The notes under the pieces: generated by a model | What the model was told of the DNA's origin: nothing | The model's input: the letters and a program-made list of their open reading frames with translations, nothing else | Databases searched by the model: none | Program-made: the position numbers and the translations under genes | In this document: positions 1 through 8,531 of the stretch, one piece after another | Layout: every line of letters begins with the position of its first letter | How positions within the stretch are numbered: the stretch's first letter is position 1 | NCBI GenBank assembly: GCA_963662285.2 | Contig: CAXXMV010000002.1 | Location: forward strand, 96,001-160,000 | DNA from: a bacterium | Lineage (GTDB): Bacteria > Hinthialibacterota > Hinthialibacteria > Hinthialibacterales > Hinthialibacteraceae | Direction of reading: 5' to 3' | Length of the DNA: 64,000 nt

Positions 1-1097
1 AAATCAGACCGGAGAAGTTGAAAATTACCGGACAGCGAGTTCAGGCGGCCTTCTATTCCGGCCAGATTCTCCAGCGTCAATGAGTTTTCATTGTTTCCCG
101 AATCAGCCAAACCTACCAGAAGATCATCCATACGCCCATCGAGATTGTAACTCATTTCAGAGACATCCGATTGCAGCGCCTCAAGTTCACCTTCTCCTTC
201 AGCAAAACTTACCTGCATATCTTCAGCAAGTATTTCTAATTGTTTAGATATTCCTGAAACAGTTTGGCTTATCTGTTCTGTGTTAGACATACTGCTTTGA
301 ATGGATGATGCGGTATTTCTTTGATCAGTAAATCCGGCATTCATAACATCTACCGCCGCATCAATATGACGCGCCAGACTATCGCGGGATGAAGTATCCT
401 GGATGCTATTATCTATGTCAATTAATTTTTGTTCGACGGATTCTAAACTCTGCTGCGATGCATTTCGTAAATCCATCAGTTGGCCGTTCAACGCCCTGGT
501 CTTTTCATCCAAACTTACGGCGACTACCTGGCTCATTTTCTCACTCAATTGCGTAAGTGTGGTGAATCCCGATGCTAAATCACCGGATACCTCCTGCAAT
601 TGGCCGCTCAGCGCAACTAACTGTTTTTCTATTGAGTCGGTCTTTGTTTTAGCCTCTAAGGCCGCCTGGCGAGTTGATGTCATCTCTTTCGAAATATCCG
701 CCATAGCTGTTTGCAAGTATTCTGCTTGGTTTTTATCTTTTTTCTCAATGGCTTTGGTTAACTGCAGAGTCTGCTCTGAAAAGGCATTTACTGTCTGGGT
801 CAAAAGCGCTGAAACGTCTTTTAATGTATCGGAGAACTTCTGCGCGAAAGCTGCTGATTCCCGCCGGTTTCCCAAAACCTCTTTGCGCGTTTCTTGCAGA
901 GCAATCAAAGTGGATTCGGTAGTTTGAGTCAGCACTTTCTCTTCAAAAGAAGCCAGGCGCAAATCTAAATAATAACCCGTGCCGGCTAATCCGATTAACA
1001 TGAAAAAGATCAGCCAGAACACCATCCAGCCTTTAGAACTGTTCGCCGTTGATCGCTTTGAGGCGGATTGTTGGGATATTGCTACTTTCTCTTCCAT
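1..1097 (-). CDS. Membrane-anchored long coiled-coil protein (runs off the window edge; absent from the ORF track)
   Basis: Read manually on minus strand: GGAG SD then ATG at 1097, MEEKVAISQQSASKRSTANSSKGWMVFWLIFFMLIGLAGTGYYLDLRLASFEEKVLTQ..., one TM helix followed by heptad-rich Q/E/S/L sequence; no stop seen in the portion translated. Confidence 0.8.
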   Translation of the reverse strand, partial: MEEKVAISQQSASKRSTANSSKGWMVFWLIFFMLIGLAGTGYYLDLRLASFEEKVLTQTTESTLIALQETRKEVLGNRRESAAFAQKFSDTLKDVSALLTQTVNAFSEQTLQLTKAIEKKDKNQAEYLQTAMADISKEMTSTRQAALEAKTKTDSIEKQLVALSGQLQEVSGDLASGFTTLTQLSEKMSQVVAVSLDEKTRALNGQLMDLRNASQQSLESVEQKLIDIDNSIQDTSSRDSLARHIDAAVDVMNAGFTDQRNTASSIQSSMSNTEQISQTVSGISKQLEILAEDMQVSFAEGEGELEALQSDVSEMSYNLDGRMDDLLVGLADSGNNENSLTLENLAGIEGRLNSLSGNFQLLRSD

Positions 1098-1142
1098 AAT
1101 TCAAATCTCCTCATTCAAAAACCGTTGCCTGTTTTGGATTAT

Positions 1143-1193
1143 TAGAGCGGTTCTCAAAAAATGCGGGTCAACGCATTTTTGAAAACTACTCTA
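1143..1193. repeat. Short palindromic MITE/REP-like element (TAGAGCGGTTCTCAAAAAATGCG...CGCATTTTTGAAAACTACTCTA)
   Basis: Imperfect ~22-bp inverted repeat; the end motif AACCGCTCTA recurs at about 9913, 39059 and 57394. Confidence 0.55.
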
Positions 1194-1288
1194 TGCATGA
1201 AAATAGGTCAAAAAACTGCAACTCAATTAATTCGAGGGAATTATGGTAAGAGGATAGAATTTGATAAGTAGAGAATGGATGATAAAAG

Positions 1289-1297
1289 TTATCCACA
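1289..1297 (+). promoter_or_regulatory. Perfect DnaA box TTATCCACA
   Basis: Exact consensus in the intergenic region, with degenerate boxes nearby (TTATACCAA 1318, TTGTCAACA 1381). Confidence 0.45.
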
Positions 1298-1419
1298 ACA
1301 GATAATAATATACGAACTTATACCAATCTCCCTCAACCCTATGGATTTAGATAAGTTCATATTGCACCTTCTTAAACATCTTGTCAACAGGTTTTTTGGG
1401 GAAAGATCGATTTAATTTT

Positions 1420-1845
1420 TTACGGTAATTTCGAGCCGGTTGATGTTATTACCAATTGCCCATGCTTGACGCCGCGGGTTCCAATCAACCGGTCAGCGAA
1501 AAAGCGCAGAGTTTTGCCCTGCCCCCGCGCCACAATTACTTCAAGACAATTATGATGATCCAAATGGACATGCATACTTGAAATAACTTCCGCTTCGCTG
1601 CCATGCTGTTGTTCGATCAGCTTTTCGGTCAATTCCCGCACATGATGATCGTATACCAGAGAAACAACGCCAACCACTTCAGCGTTTTCTTCCACTTCCT
1701 GTTGAACCAGAAAATCGCGTATCAGGTCTCTGATGCCTTCCGAGCGGTTCGAATAACCTTTTTCATCAAGCAATATATCGTACTTTTTGAGCAGCTCTTC
1801 TGAGAGAGAAACACTAAAACGTATCGCGCCAGCCATTTTTTTCAT
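1420..1845 (-). CDS. nikR: Nickel-responsive transcriptional regulator NikR
   Basis: Ribbon-helix-helix start RFSVSL..NRSEGIRDLIR, then YDHH and HVHLDHHNCLEVI Ni ligands, GVKHGQL end. Confidence 0.97.
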   Translation of the reverse strand: MKKMAGAIRFSVSLSEELLKKYDILLDEKGYSNRSEGIRDLIRDFLVQQEVEENAEVVGVVSLVYDHHVRELTEKLIEQQHGSEAEVISSMHVHLDHHNCLEVIVARGQGKTLRFFADRLIGTRGVKHGQLVITSTGSKLP

Positions 1846-3761
1846 CCTAAGAAATTTATTGTTATTATACCGCCAGAATGCAATCCTCTTAATAAGATAA
1901 CAAAACCTAACAGCGTAACCAATATTGGAGAAGCGATTTGAAGCCAGGTAAATGATTGATCGCCCTTAAAATATTTATCCAGCAAATGTTTTGCGCTAAC
2001 CATAGTAATACCTATTGCAATTAAGACGGATGATAGGCCAAGGCTGAAAAATAGAATCAATAGCATCCCGAATATAGGACGATGCAAGCCTATGGCGCCC
2101 AGCAGGACAACCAATGCTGTCGGGCAAGGCACAATTCCCCCGGTTACGCCTAATATCAGCAGGTCTCTCCAATTGGCGTCTGCGGGGATTTCGTGAGTAT
2201 GGGTATGAGGACCATGCCCGTGTCCCGCATGGCTATGGTGGTCATGGTTATGATGTTCATGGGCGTGGTGATCATGATCGTGGCTATTGTGTTCATGGCT
2301 GTGGTGTTCATGGCTGTGATTTTCATGACTATGGTGCTCATGGTTCTCATGCTCATGGTGATGGTCATGGTCATGAGAATGATCGTGATCATCTGGTTTA
2401 TTTAAACTTAGCAGAACTTTTTTTGCTTGGTAGGCGCCATATCTTCTGAAAAATATCATCCCGCCTATGAAGATAATAAGCGCGCCGGATAAAGCTTCTA
2501 TAATTGGATAAAGCGTCTCTGGAAGGATATATTGAGAGAAAAACAGCGTTATAGCGCCCAAAGCCAAGACGCTTGAAACATGAGTCAATGTCACAACAAT
2601 ACCTAAAAAAATTGCATGGAGCACGGTTCCCCTGGAACCAACCAGGTATGCTGCGACAACCGTTTTACCATGACCCGGTGAAAGAGCATGAGATGCGCCA
2701 GCGATGAGAGAGACGAAAATGGCGAAGAATACTATTGTCGGACTAAGAGTGTCCACCCCGATCAAATTAGCCCATTGAGCATCATACCCGCCCGGTTTGG
2801 TCGCAAGAGTAGTCTGATTTTTATCCAAAGAGGAATCCTCAGTGATTGTTGTCGTAGAATCGGTTAGAGCATTTGGTTCTACCAGACCAGCCAACACCCC
2901 TGAAGCGCTGATTATATTCCGGGGCTGCAACATCTCGACTTTCTTTTGCACCTCCGGGCTGGGGCCGACGGGCGATTTTAATATCTCGTAATTACCTTCA
3001 GAATCTGGATTTAATGGGTATATAGGTATCGAAGCGGGAGCGATGAAAGAGAAGAATTCGATTTCATCCTTTGTAGAAGAAGGTTTCTCTATATCCTTAA
3101 TCTCGTAAGAAATCACTGCATCCATTCCCGAAAGGATGAAGGTCGTATTATCCAATGGAATCGGTGCGGATATCTTGCTTGAGGTAATATTTTCCTGAAG
3201 AAGTTCCACTCCAGCAGCGGTTTTAACGCGTATTTCTTTAACACCCTGCCTACGCGGCAAATAAGCGTCATTAAAAGAAAAGTTTTTGGCGCCTTTTGGG
3301 ATTAATAATTCATGCCGCATTTCACATGCGATTTTTACCTGGAGACATGTCAGAGAGCCTTGGCCTCGTGAAAGCACCACTTCATGATGAAATATTTCTG
3401 GTTTTAAATATATCGGTTTATTATCTTTACCGACCAACGAAAAAGTGAAATGTTTTAAGTAGAGTTCGTAGAGATTATCTTCAAATGATCTCATTTCACG
3501 GCTGGAAATAATGTTATCATCATCTATATCAAGAGAGGAAAGTTCCTTGTAAGATGGAAATTCTGCAAAATCAAGGATATGCTGAGTGATGATGCGGTCT
3601 GATTTTAACTCAATTAAAGTATAATGGTTAAGCGAGAAATTACCCAAAGGATGAGCGGAACATATCGCAGCGATATTCAAAAGTAAACATATTAGACCAA
3701 GTTGTATGTAGATTTTGTTCGTCATTTTTATTGTCGCATTCTGATTATGATAATATTTCAA
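1842..3761 (-). CDS. Ni/Co transporter (RcnA/NiCoT-like) with extracytoplasmic N-terminal domain and long His-rich loop
   Basis: Signal peptide then HPLGNFSLNHY; HALSPGHGKTVVAAYLVG and GGIVPCPTAL motifs; ~65-residue His-rich loop; overlaps the annotated nikR start by 4 nt. Confidence 0.88.
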   Translation of the reverse strand: MKYYHNQNATIKMTNKIYIQLGLICLLLNIAAICSAHPLGNFSLNHYTLIELKSDRIITQHILDFAEFPSYKELSSLDIDDDNIISSREMRSFEDNLYELYLKHFTFSLVGKDNKPIYLKPEIFHHEVVLSRGQGSLTCLQVKIACEMRHELLIPKGAKNFSFNDAYLPRRQGVKEIRVKTAAGVELLQENITSSKISAPIPLDNTTFILSGMDAVISYEIKDIEKPSSTKDEIEFFSFIAPASIPIYPLNPDSEGNYEILKSPVGPSPEVQKKVEMLQPRNIISASGVLAGLVEPNALTDSTTTITEDSSLDKNQTTLATKPGGYDAQWANLIGVDTLSPTIVFFAIFVSLIAGASHALSPGHGKTVVAAYLVGSRGTVLHAIFLGIVVTLTHVSSVLALGAITLFFSQYILPETLYPIIEALSGALIIFIGGMIFFRRYGAYQAKKVLLSLNKPDDHDHSHDHDHHHEHENHEHHSHENHSHEHHSHEHNSHDHDHHAHEHHNHDHHSHAGHGHGPHTHTHEIPADANWRDLLILGVTGGIVPCPTALVVLLGAIGLHRPIFGMLLILFFSLGLSSVLIAIGITMVSAKHLLDKYFKGDQSFTWLQIASPILVTLLGFVILLRGLHSGGIITINFLG

Positions 3762-3990
3762 AGGAGATTTATGTAAACCCGGTATAACTGAACACGTTAA
3801 AACTATGAAAGTACATCAATAACGATACCCAGACATACGCATGAATAGAAGATGCAATAAATAAGTATCCAGTAAAAATATTTTGATATAGTCGCCAGAC
3901 TATTGAGTATATCAATTTTTTAACTGATAATAATAGGCTTATTTCGTATGTTTTTTTTTGTAAGAAGTTGTCTAGAAATCAGATAACGAC

Positions 3991-4018
3991 TTGACAGAAA
4001 GCGCATCGTTCATAAAAT
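3991..4018 (+). promoter_or_regulatory. Sigma70-like promoter for the ABC operon
   Basis: TTGACA-16nt-TAAAAT about 60 nt upstream of the ATG with a GGAGGAG SD. Confidence 0.5.
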
Positions 4019-4078
4019 CAAAAATGAGTGAATCCACCGATACCAAGTAAATAAATGATCGGCGGAGGAGAGAGATAA

Positions 4079-5005
4079 ATGTCGATCCTTCGGATAGAAA
4101 ATCTGACAAAAGAGTATTCCACGGGGTTTTTCGGCCGCAAATTCAGAGCTTTAAACAAATTGAATTTGGAAGTGGAAGAAGGGGAAATCTTCGGATTTCT
4201 TGGCCCCAATGGCGCAGGGAAAACGACCACAATAAAAATTTTATTGCAGATTATTTTTCCCTCGGACGGAACAGCCTGGCTGCTGAATAAAAAACTGGGC
4301 GACTCGCCGGAACTGCATAAAATCGGTTATATGCCGGAAAATCCATACTTTTACCGATTTTTAACCGGCAACGAGTTCCTCATGTTTTACGCCAGACTAA
4401 TTGGTCTGTCATACGAAGAAGGACAAAAGAAGACTGACCGTTTATTGGATGTCGTCGGGCTGGCTACCGCCAAGAAGACCCGTTTAAGCGATTATTCCAA
4501 AGGCATGGTGACCCGCGTAGGTTTGGCGCAATCACTGATTACTGATCCAACCCTATTATTGCTGGATGAGCCGATGTCAGGCCTGGATCCAATTGGTCGA
4601 CGGGAAATACGCGACCTTATTGCTGAATTAAAAGAGCAAAAAAAGACTATTTTCTTCTGCTCGCATATCCTGGCGGACGTTGAGATGCTTTGCGACCGGG
4701 TTGCGATACTCAATAAAGGCAACCTGATTAAATTAGGCGCCGTTCAGGATCTGCTCGATTCGGGTACCAAACATTATACCCTGTCACTGGATGGACTTAG
4801 TCAGGAAAAAATCGATCAAATAAGTTCAACAGCCATCAAGCATGAGGATATCGGCGGAATACATCATTTCACCGTTGCCAATCATGAAGACGCTCAAAAT
4901 ATCGCCCAGAACGCTATAGCAGATAATGCGCGTATAATTGAACTGCGGCCTGAACGTGGGACTCTGGAAGATTACTTCGTTCGGGAGGTGAGTACCCATG
5001 AATAA
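4079..5005 (+). CDS. ABC transporter ATP-binding protein (PilH/XapD-like)
   Basis: Walker A GPNGAGKTT, signature YSKGM, Walker B LLLLDEP, H-loop CSH. Confidence 0.93.
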   Translation: MSILRIENLTKEYSTGFFGRKFRALNKLNLEVEEGEIFGFLGPNGAGKTTTIKILLQIIFPSDGTAWLLNKKLGDSPELHKIGYMPENPYFYRFLTGNEFLMFYARLIGLSYEEGQKKTDRLLDVVGLATAKKTRLSDYSKGMVTRVGLAQSLITDPTLLLLDEPMSGLDPIGRREIRDLIAELKEQKKTIFFCSHILADVEMLCDRVAILNKGNLIKLGAVQDLLDSGTKHYTLSLDGLSQEKIDQISSTAIKHEDIGGIHHFTVANHEDAQNIAQNAIADNARIIELRPERGTLEDYFVREVSTHE

Positions 5006-5783
5006 AATTCTTACCATCGCATTTAATACATATCGGGAATCCATACGCAACAAGGTTTTTTATATCATCATCGTTTTCGCTATGTTTTTGCTGAGTTGTT
5101 CGTTAATATTGGCGACCCTGGCTCTGGGTGAAGATGACCGGATAATTAAACATGTTGGTTTGTCGGCCATCAACATTTTTGGCCTATTAATGGCGATATT
5201 CGTCGGCGTTAATCTGGTTTACGATGAATTGGAAAAACGTACAGTCTATACCATAATCGCCTCAGGCGTTAAACGTTATGAGTTTTTGTTTGGAAAATTC
5301 CTCGGATTGTTCTTCACCGTTGGAGTGAATATTCTGATAATGGGATTTATGCTTTGCCTCTTAGTTATTGCATGGCCGGATTGCTCTTTATCTGCAACAT
5401 TAGTATTGGCCATATTGCTGTTCTTGCTGGAAATGCTGGTTATAAGCGCAATCGCCATTCTTTTTTCGTCATTCTCCACCCCGATTCTTTCAGCTGTATT
5501 AACCTTTATGTGCTGCGTGATCGGACACATGTCAGAAGACCTTCTGGAATGGAGCAAGCGCCTTTCCGAACAGGGATCAGCCGTATTCGCCAAGGTTCTT
5601 ACGGTCATATATTACATACTTCCCAATTTGGAAATATTTAACTTGAAAAATCAGGTTATTTACAGCGAAGACATCGGTTCAATCGGACATCATTTCATAA
5701 CGTACCCGATATACGCTATTGTATATTCAGGTATTTTGATGCTAATCGCAATACTTTCCTTTTCCCGGCGGGATTTCAAATGA
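4998..5783 (+). CDS. ABC-2 type permease (PilI-like)
   Basis: Six TM helices, IAFNTYRESIRNK start, ELEKRTVYTI..R.EFLFGKFLG, FSRRDFK end; translationally coupled. Confidence 0.88.
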   Translation: MNKILTIAFNTYRESIRNKVFYIIIVFAMFLLSCSLILATLALGEDDRIIKHVGLSAINIFGLLMAIFVGVNLVYDELEKRTVYTIIASGVKRYEFLFGKFLGLFFTVGVNILIMGFMLCLLVIAWPDCSLSATLVLAILLFLLEMLVISAIAILFSSFSTPILSAVLTFMCCVIGHMSEDLLEWSKRLSEQGSAVFAKVLTVIYYILPNLEIFNLKNQVIYSEDIGSIGHHFITYPIYAIVYSGILMLIAILSFSRRDFK

Positions 5784-7351
5784 GAAAACACACTTGGATT
5801 TCCGTAATATTATTAGTCGTCTTTTCTATTGGCGTAGTAAAACTACAGTCCTCAATTATTGATGAACGTCAATCCAGGCGTATGGAAGAGAAGATTTTGA
5901 TGCTCTCCAATCGCCCGGAAGTCACCAAAATACTAGCTCTTGGTCACGACTCCACTCTAGCCGACCTTTTGTGGATTCGAGCTATCCAATATTTTGGCGG
6001 TAACTTCAGCACTCTAGACAATGCCATCAAACGCGAAGGAATGATCAATTTATTCAGGAATATGGTTGCTTTAGACCCCAAATTCCATGCCGCCTTCAAA
6101 TTCGGCGGTTTTGTAATGAATGAATCTATGAAAGATCCTGAACTGGCCATAGATTTTCTATTAGAAGGCGCCGATGAGAATCCCAGTCAATGGCGTTTGC
6201 GTTTCGATGCCGGTTTTATCGCATTTTTTCAGTTGAAGGATTATGATTTTGCAAAAAGATTATTCATCCAAACCGTATATGGAGAAAATTTTTCGCTTAA
6301 CAGTCAGATAAAATCGGAAGGTTTGGTTGATGGTTTTTCAGCTGATGCGCTGATAGATGACGATGCTATAACTGATGTTAAATTTTCACCGCAAACAGGT
6401 TCAATTCTTGTCGACCTGGAAGAAGCTAAGCAAATCGGGCGTATTTATCTTATGCAGGAATCACAGGATAAACAGTCTTTTCGCCTCTCTTTTGCCAACG
6501 CTTCAAAGACTGAAGCAGAACCTGCCTTTACCGAGTTCCCCCAAATTACTTCGAGCGGGATACACTCAGTTACACCGGCTATTACGGCTCAGATGATCCG
6601 CATCGATAATATGACAACCGAAGCTGCGGATGGGTTTTTCGCGCTTAATGAAATTCAGGTGCAAGGCCCTCGAAATGTTGAAGTTCCGTCTTATGTAGAA
6701 CGAATGGCTTATGAGATGGACCGTGCAGCAGGCCGGTTTAGAGCTGCATGGAACCAGTACCTGCGCTACTATCAGGAATTCACTACCAAAGGCGACCAGA
6801 TCAATGCAAATCTAGCAAAACAAAAACTAGATTCTATTTTTACCAGCACGGTTACAGATATACTTGGCCAAGCCATTTTATTGTATAAAGAAGCGGAAGG
6901 CAAACTACCATCTCCTCAAATGCAGGAACTGGTTAAAGGTGAATTTGTTCACCAGGTTCTTCGCAAAAAAATGCAGGAAGAAGAACGATTTGCCGAAGAT
7001 GTTCTGCCTATTTTAATAGGACCTAACCTTAACATTTACAACATGCTAACCACATGGGATAACAGCTCGCAATATGTTTTGGTAACTTATCCCGTGAAAG
7101 ACGGGAACGATGAATGGGTAATTGCCATCCGCAGCGACCTGGAAGCGATGCAGAAATCCTCTATCGAGGCTCTTCAAAAGCTGGTTAATCAATATAAACA
7201 GGAAACCGGGCATTTCCCCCAAAAAATTGAAGACCTCAAAAAGGGCCGCTTATTTACCGCACCGGAAAACATATTTGAAGATCCACTCGGAGGAGACCTG
7301 ATTATTAATCAGGAAACAGGGGAAGTTGAATCAATTAATCCTAAATATTAG
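5780..7351 (+). CDS. PilG/XapA-like membrane-anchored TPR-like protein with discoidin-like insert and GspG-like C-terminal segments
   Basis: N-terminal TM, LADLLWIRAIQYFG motif typical of the partner of this ABC class; C-terminal LVNQYKQETGHFP...EDPLGG resembles a pseudopilin globular domain. Confidence 0.55.
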   Translation: MRKHTWISVILLVVFSIGVVKLQSSIIDERQSRRMEEKILMLSNRPEVTKILALGHDSTLADLLWIRAIQYFGGNFSTLDNAIKREGMINLFRNMVALDPKFHAAFKFGGFVMNESMKDPELAIDFLLEGADENPSQWRLRFDAGFIAFFQLKDYDFAKRLFIQTVYGENFSLNSQIKSEGLVDGFSADALIDDDAITDVKFSPQTGSILVDLEEAKQIGRIYLMQESQDKQSFRLSFANASKTEAEPAFTEFPQITSSGIHSVTPAITAQMIRIDNMTTEAADGFFALNEIQVQGPRNVEVPSYVERMAYEMDRAAGRFRAAWNQYLRYYQEFTTKGDQINANLAKQKLDSIFTSTVTDILGQAILLYKEAEGKLPSPQMQELVKGEFVHQVLRKKMQEEERFAEDVLPILIGPNLNIYNMLTTWDNSSQYVLVTYPVKDGNDEWVIAIRSDLEAMQKSSIEALQKLVNQYKQETGHFPQKIEDLKKGRLFTAPENIFEDPLGGDLIINQETGEVESINPKY

Positions 7352-7385
7352 GTAATATGCGTAAATAGTTCTTTATCAAGATTCG

Positions 7386-7412
7386 AAAAGCCCGTTATAC
7401 GGGCTTTTTTTT
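7386..7412 (+). terminator. Intrinsic terminator (bidirectional-type)
   Basis: AAAAGCCCGT-TAT-ACGGGCTTTT followed by a T run. Confidence 0.85.
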
Positions 7413-7634
7413 ATTGATTATCACTCAAGTTATTCGTCTAACCCGTTTTGCCGGGGGATGTCTTAAGATTCACCCTCACCCTAACCCGGCATAGAAGGAG
7501 AGGAGATTTGCTTACACATAATTTACGGTTGGTAAGAAGATCAGCCTTTCTTTTTACTTGGCTGTAAATAAATTTTAGTATATACTTTAATGAATTATGG
7601 TTTTTGCTCAAATATTTTCATGGGAGAATTTTAA

Positions 7635-7994
7635 ATAAATAATAAATTATTATCAGTTGAGCATCTTGCCCGTAGTGCAGCCGAGGCATTGGCTGAAGTA
7701 AAAGGCAAAGATATTCTTCTGCTTGATTTGACGCATCTTTCAACTTTCACTGATTATTTCGTTATAGCTACGGCTGAAAGCCATGTTCAGATGAAAGCAT
7801 TGGCGGATAGCGTACGAAGCAATATGGCTTTAGAAGGATCAAAGATACATAATGCTGAAGGACAAGATAGCAAAACCTGGATATTGCTTGATTATAGCCA
7901 TGTTATTGTTCACATCTTCAGTCCGGCGGCTAGGGATTATTATGGCTTGGAACATTTATGGGGAGATGCAAAAGAAACTCCTTATATCTCGTAA
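7635..7994 (+). CDS. rsfS: Ribosome silencing factor RsfS (Iojap); start probably ATA at 7635 rather than TTG at 7689
   Basis: KGKDILLLDL, TDYFVIAT, WILLDYSHVIVHIF, RDYYGLEHLWGDA motifs; frame extends upstream to an ATA preceded by a GGGAGA SD. Confidence 0.93.
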   Translation: MNNKLLSVEHLARSAAEALAEVKGKDILLLDLTHLSTFTDYFVIATAESHVQMKALADSVRSNMALEGSKIHNAEGQDSKTWILLDYSHVIVHIFSPAARDYYGLEHLWGDAKETPYIS

Positions 7995-8025
7995 GTTTAA
8001 TTTCCTCAAATAAGGAGAATACCTC

Positions 8026-8442
8026 GTGGCATTAGCAAATTGTCCCCGGTGTGGGGCATTATTTAATAAAATTACAACCGATTACTGTAAAAAATGTTAT
8101 GAAGAAGAAGAAAACCTTCTTAGACAAACACAAGATTTTCTACGCAAGAACCGGGCTGCAGCAGTGTTTGAGATTTTAGAAGAAGTTGAGCTTGAACAAT
8201 GGATGCTTGAAAAATGGGTAGCTGAACAGCGGATAACCTTGAGCAATCCATCTGATCTTCAAGCAATCCCGCGGTGCTCATCATGCGGCAGAGAAATAAA
8301 GATTGGTCAGAATATGTGCTCTACATGCAAGTTTAAAAAACTTGCAGCAAAAAAACCCTCCTCCACTCAAAAAGATAAACCAGCTGAAGAGGAAAAAGAA
8401 AAAACAACGCGATCAGGAATGCATTTTAAAACCCGAACATAA
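8026..8442 (+). CDS. Flagellar operon protein YvyF-like (TIGR03826), zinc-ribbon
   Basis: LANCPRCGALF...CKKC, DFLRKN, second CxxCG...CxxC, GMHFK end; AAGGAG SD with GTG. Confidence 0.8.
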   Translation: MALANCPRCGALFNKITTDYCKKCYEEEENLLRQTQDFLRKNRAAAVFEILEEVELEQWMLEKWVAEQRITLSNPSDLQAIPRCSSCGREIKIGQNMCSTCKFKKLAAKKPSSTQKDKPAEEEKEKTTRSGMHFKTRT

Positions 8443-8531
8443 AACGCTTCTCGAAAATTCATTACCAAAAAAATACTCTACATCCATTCAATGTAGAGTA
8501 TTTTTTAAATAATGCTCTGATTAAAATCCAC

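Noticed and set aside
403-1182. Plus-strand ORFs 403..927 and 979..1182
   Set aside because: Antisense to the coiled-coil gene, which has an SD and coherent protein features.
2114-2449. His/Gly- and Met-rich ORFs (2114, 2156, 2193)
   Set aside because: Alternate-frame shadows of the transporter His-rich loop.
3762-4078. NikR operator
   Set aside because: No convincing GTATGA-N16-TCATAC-type dyad found by eye.
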